Shown: in pieces, positions 50,101 to 56,100 of the stretch
How positions within the stretch are numbered: the stretch's first letter is position 1
Layout of the letters: every line of letters starts with the position of its first letter
Assembly (NCBI GenBank): GCA_903884815.1
Contig: CAISGE010000043.1
Coordinates: forward strand, 701 to 64,700
DNA from: Candidatus Omnitrophota bacterium
GTDB taxonomy: Bacteria > Omnitrophota > Omnitrophia > Omnitrophales > Aquincolibacteriaceae
DNA: 64,000 bases
Reading direction: 5' to 3'
Made by a program: the position numbers and the translations under genes
Notes under the pieces: model-generated
The model's database searches: none
What the model saw: the letters and a program-made list of their open reading frames with translations, nothing else
What the model was told of the DNA's origin: nothing

Positions 50101-53100
50101 ATCTCCTTATCTCCGGAAAAACCATTGATCGTCCCGATCAAAAGGCTTCCTCCGCCGCTTTTTCTCTGTTTGAGCATGAGATCCAGCTCGGGACCGCGTG
50201 CTTCCCAGGAGGGCAGGATCTCATGATCAATGGCATCTTCATTGCTCCCGACCCGGACAAAGGGAAGTCCGTCTTCGAGCAGTTTTTTTGCAACATTGTC
50301 GGCTCCCGCGTTGGATTGTGACAACACCACCACGCGCTGCCCCCCCTCGGATGCCAATTTTGTGATCCATTCGATCACCTTGGTCTTTCCCGTTCCGGGA
50401 GGTCCCTGGACCAGGACGATGGGGCTTGCGGAACCATAGTTTCCGGGGCTTCCGGCCGGCCGCAAAGTCTCTTTGACGGCCGCCCGCTGAGCCGGATCCA
50501 GGGCCTTTCCGCTCTCGGCATACTCCGCCTCCATCTTTTCGAAGGCCGAAAAATCGGTTTCCTTTTCTTGAGCCGCCACCCCGATCTGAAGACCCAGGGC
50601 ATAATCCACCAGGGCATTCCCCGTGGTGGCCTGTGTGGTCAGGAGACCGTTTCCCTTTGCGAGGCGGGTGCTTGTCGTAAGGTTCAACACATAGTCGGCA
50701 AGATAATCTTCCTGTCTTTCCAAGGCCCGGGCAGACGTGCGTGTCAGGATACCGCCCTTCGAAACCTCACCGGTCAATAGCGCGTTCAGGTAGTCAAAAC
50801 CTTTGTGAGTTTCCGGAAGCTCAAACTGCATAAAGCTCCGGCCGTGTTCCACGCCCCGCTTCACCAGACGGAAAAAGGGCTGCATCGGCTCCTTTTTCGA
50901 AGGATTGCGGATCCGGAATGTGTCTTCCGGCCAGCCGAATTTTTCCGGTTTCCCGAGATCATCCCATACCGTTTCTCCCCCCGTAGCTCCGGCGCGACCC
51001 AGTTTGAGATCGTAAACGGTAAACATCCGTTTTTCGGGATGTAATTCGATCTTTGAAAACTTGATCTCGATCGGCCGGCCATTGGACTCCCGGATGTTCT
51101 CTTCTTCACGCTCTTGTCTGGCTTTCACCATGGCCGAGATCAGAAAGCCCTGGTCCGTGAGTTCCGGTAGCCAGTGCTGAGCCATAGCATGGGACGCCAG
51201 ATTTCTCGCTGCGCGCCCTTCGTCCGCAATGACGGGAAATTCACGTTCGAGTTCGGCAACGAACACCGCGTAATAATAGGCCTTCTTAAAATCCGTGGCT
51301 TTACCCGCGACACCCGAATGGAAAGCCTCTTCCGCCAGTCTCAGTACAAGCTGCGCGGCACGGACAGCTCTGTTCGGAAAAACCGCGAGCCGTTTCGCAT
51401 TTTCAAAAACGGCCGAATAAGTTCCATTCCCCGAGATCGCGTGCTCCAGCCCCTGGAGTGTGGACCGGAGATCCTGAATCTCGTCCCGAAGATGCTGCAC
51501 GGTATCATGCTCCGCCAAAGGACTCCCCTGACTCCAGTTTTTCTGCATCTCCCGAAGGGAGTTTTCAAGTTGTCCCTCCGCTTTCTCAAGCTCGCTTCTC
51601 TCCAGCGATCCTCGGACTGTGCTAAGCGCCCCGATCCAGGTCTCAAGTGCTTTTCTGCGCTTGCGCGTTTTGTTGCCCGTCAAAGATTCCGGGAACTCCT
51701 GCAATTTTTCCAACGCTCCGGAATAATCCTCCTCCGCGAACTTTTCGAGGGCCTGAGCTTCGATCTCCCGGGCCCCCTGAACCTTTTCTTTTAAATCAAG
51801 CGCTTCCCGGTCCTCGGAATTGTCTTTTAAAATCGCGGTGATCGACCGCTCGAGAGAATCCAGATCTTTGTCCTGGGCCGCAAGATCTTTTTGTAATTGC
51901 CGTTTTCTTTCTGCCACTCTCTTTCTCTTTGCCGCCAGTTCCTGGATCGAAAGCGCCAGGTCTCCGGATGCGCCGTTCCTCCGCGCAGTTTCGAGCGACT
52001 GGCCGCATTCAGCATATTTCGCGTCCTTGAATTGTTGCTCGGCAAGCTCGTAATATCCCTGCGGCGTCAGTTGCGTTTCAAGCTCCTTGCGGAAAGCGCT
52101 CACGGGAGCCTGCCACTGTTTCGAAACGTCGTCCCGGAGTATCCTGTCGCAAAATAATACGGCCCCGATGGCCGGCACCGACGAAGGCGCCATTTCGGTA
52201 AAAACATCCACCCAGGCGCTGCGTTCAGCAGGACTGCCATCCGCCCACTTCGAATCCATGACCCGGAAAAGAGCCATATTCCATTCCGGGGAAGCCACGC
52301 GTGACATCAGGGCATTCAGAACAAAAAAACGGTTATCCACCGAATCGACCGGAATGCGCGTCTCAGCGCGTCCCTCGGCGATAAGTTCCGCCAAAAGCGA
52401 TATCGCCGTTTCTTTGTAGGCCGGCGGGAGATTCAAGAAGCGATTCAAAAGAATTTCGATCCGGTCATAAACAGGCGGCGCGCGCGTCCCGTTTGCCGCC
52501 GCAGCGTTCTCCTGAAAAATAAAAAGCTTCTCCAGGATATCCAAAGCTGCCTTGCGGCTTCCGCCCTCCTGCACTGTAAACACCGCTTCCACCAGCGCCG
52601 TATCCATCGCCGGAAATGTTGCCCCGTCCCCTGCTTCCTCATCAGCCCTGTGAAGTTCCGTAAGCGCCATTTTTACCGCGTCGTTGTCCTCTCGGGCCAG
52701 GGCAAGGCACAACCGGAAATAAGCTTGTTGATTTCTGGCAAAGGGCTTGTCGGTGGAAAAATGAGAAGCGCGTGAACCTGCTTGGAATTCCGCTTCGGTC
52801 ACCGGATTCCTGGAAGCAGCCGCGGTTTCCCGGAAATAGGCTATCGCGACACCCAAGGCCTTTTCGGCCAGCTCCGGTTCTTGGCTACGAATCTCATTCG
52901 CGAAGAGGAACAGACTGTTGATCATTTGTGCTTTGAAAGAATCGATGTCAGGCGTTGAAGGATCACTCAAAGCAATGGGCTTCATCGCTGCATAAAAACG
53001 CTCACGCTCCGGGTTGTGGCGGGCCAAAAGCGCCAAATTGAGCGACTCAGGAGATGGAGCAACCGGAGCCTGCTCACCGCTCTCCGGGAAGAAAACTCCC

Positions 53101-56100
53101 AGGAGCTCCGGATTGGACATAAGAAGAATGTCGATAAGGCCGGTGTTGACCCCCGCGATGGAACGAAGCGCCACCGAATGTTTTCCGGATCGCTCGCTGC
53201 TATCCCCCGCCGCCAATCGCGGAACAACTTTCAAAAGACGGATCCACGGAACCATCCATTTCTGAAGCTCCTCCCATTTTTGAGCGCGGAACAAATACTC
53301 CGCGCGATGGGCATAAGCCTCCAGGATCTCTTGAGGGTCCAGCTCAAGTTTTTTCGCGGCGTTTTCAAGATCTTCGGAACCGACATTGCGTCTCCCGAGT
53401 TGTCTGAAATAAAGGACGAAGAACCTGTCGAGAAGCGCTTGATGCACTTTCTCAAACCTTTCTTTCAGCGGATGCGACGCCGCCTTCGCCCCCAGCTCGA
53501 ATAACATTTCAGACAAATAACTGTAAACCTGAAGGAGCAACTGATCTTTCGCTTCGGGCGAGGCTTTTTTCTCCGCGGGACTGAACAACACTTCAAAAGC
53601 CGCGGGCCCCCCCTCGAGCAAGCCCTCAAGAAAGGAAAGTATATTTTCCATGAAAGCAACGGACGCTTTATTTTCAGGATTAAGGGCCATCACTCGCGAT
53701 AAGCTGGAGATACTCTCAATGAAGTAAAAAAGATAACTCGAGGCGGCCAACGTACTTTCCTTTCTCTTGGACAGTCTGTCGTGAAGGACCTTGTCTTGGG
53801 TCTCTTGTTCGACGGCCTCTTGAAGGAGTTCCAGGAGACTTTCCGGCTTATAGCCGCTCGCCACAAGACGCGCCGCAAAAGATTCATAAACAAGGGTCTT
53901 CAGGGATCTTTTGTGCTGCCGCATAAAAGCGGTAATCCAGTCGTTGATCGCCTGCGTGGATCGGGGCCGCACTTTCCCGGAAAAGAGCGCCCGGATGACC
54001 GCGTTCGAGTCCGTGACAAATGCCATGACGTTCCGGTGATCCGCCTCTTTTGCCTGTTCGATCAGGAATGCCATCATATCCGCGTTCAAGGCTGGGTCTT
54101 GGATCTGGACACAGAAATGAAGCGCCGCGAGCCAGATCTCGAGACCTTGTTCTTGAAGAAGAATGCTCAGTGCCGCTTTCAGAGAGGGTTCATGGTCAAC
54201 GTTAAACTCCCCCTCCATGCCTAAGTCGGCCCAGGCCACGAGAACCTTTTCGATCACCTCAGGATTGTTTCTAACGGCGTAGATCAGCATTTCGGCAAGG
54301 ACTTTGGGATCCTCCGGCCACCGGTAGGGGTCGACCAGGATCGAAACGATCGCGGCGTCGGAGCGGGACACATAATGACCGCTCTCAGGGGATGCCGGAT
54401 CCTCAAACGGCGTAAAAGGCATGCCGGGGTGGAAGAATTGGCTAAAACTACCGTAACGGGAGGAGCCCTTGACCCCGGTTTTTCCATTTTTCACGAGGTC
54501 ACTGAAAATACCGGTCAAAACTTCCGTGGCCTCCGCTTCCTTCCCCTGCTCGAGAAGCCACTCCGCGTAATAACTTTCCGCGATTCGCGTCGCGAACCAG
54601 ACTCCGGAGATCCCCCGGATGTCTTGGTAGCGCCGGCGCATTTCCATTGCCGTCTCGGCCGAAAAATCATCTTCGATCAGCCTTTCATAATAAAAAACCA
54701 TCATCTCTGCCGTCTTTTGCCAAGCCGCCTCAGCCCGGGCTTCGGCAGCCAGGGCTTCGCCCTCATCACCCTGTCGCTGGCCGGCCATGACTCCCATAAA
54801 GTGGCTAAAGCGTCCACTATCCAGAAAACCCTTTGCCTTAGCCAGATATTCAAGCGCAGCGGGCATATTTCCGGCTCTTCTAAGACGGTCCGCCTTCACC
54901 AAATAAGCCGGGAAGAGGATTGCCACGTCATCGTTCACTCCTCCACCGCTCCCCTCGCTCAGCTGAATCGCGCGATCGAGACTCGCTTCGGTGTGGTGTA
55001 CAGACAGCCAAAGAGCATTCACAAATTGCGACTGGGTCCGGCTGCCCCTCACAACATTGATCAAGGTTTCTTCGGGACGCTCAGGGTCAAGATCATGCGG
55101 TTTGTCTTTATAATAAGCGAGAATCTTCCTCCGCATAGACTCCCCCGTTTCCCGGGCCTCCGCTTGAACCTTCTGGAGGGTTTCTTCCATGTCGGCAAGG
55201 GTCTCGAGCGAGAACCTGAGAAGTTCTTCCGTGGCAGGGATTCGGCGGCTGTCAAGACTGAAATCCATGCTCAGTTTTCCGAGAAGCTCCGTGAGTAAGC
55301 CTATGAGACCGGCATCCAAAGTTCCGTCATGACCGTCTAAGATCAAGGAAAGTGCCGCGATGCTAAAGAAAAGGGATCTCTCTCTTTCCCCGATTTTCCG
55401 GTAATTGCCGGCAAGAGTAGCAAATCCATGCTCCGTAAGTTCCGGGGTATAACCGTAAAGACGGAACGCTTTCATGCGTTGTTCGATCCCCTCGCGGTAT
55501 TGCCCCCGCATCTCCTCCCACCCCGGCAAAAGAAACAGGTTCAGCATCTGCACTCTCGCGACGCCGATATCTGCGGGCAGTGTAATATCCTCAATGCTCC
55601 GAATCCCTTTTCTCCGAAAGTGGACTTCGCAAGCCTCCTCTAATTCAGTCAAAATAGCCCCCATCACCGGGGTGGGCCATTCGTTGACTGAATTGCCATG
55701 CCCGACCCGGATCCTGTCAAAAACAGATCTCGCGAACGGCTCTTGGAAATACTTCTCGGATTTGCTGATAAAATAAGCCCGGAATTCTTCTTCCGTGAGT
55801 TCCCCGTCCAAGTCGATCCGGCCCTCAGAACGCGATGTGGTCGTCCCCAAAGAAACAAGTGATTGTCCCGCGAATTTATTGAGCAGTTTTCCGGCAGACC
55901 GGGCTCCGGGTTCCGCCCCGGATTCTTTTCGCGCCTCGGCGCGGACCGGATGAGTAACGCGAAACAGGGCAAGCGAGTCCCCGAGCGTGCTATGTCCTTC
56001 GTGGATTTCTTTTCCGTATTTTTCCTGGAAATCCTCCCACCACGCCTCGCTCTCAGCAGTCTCAAAAATAACGTCAAAGTTGTGCTCCCGGAGAGCGCGG

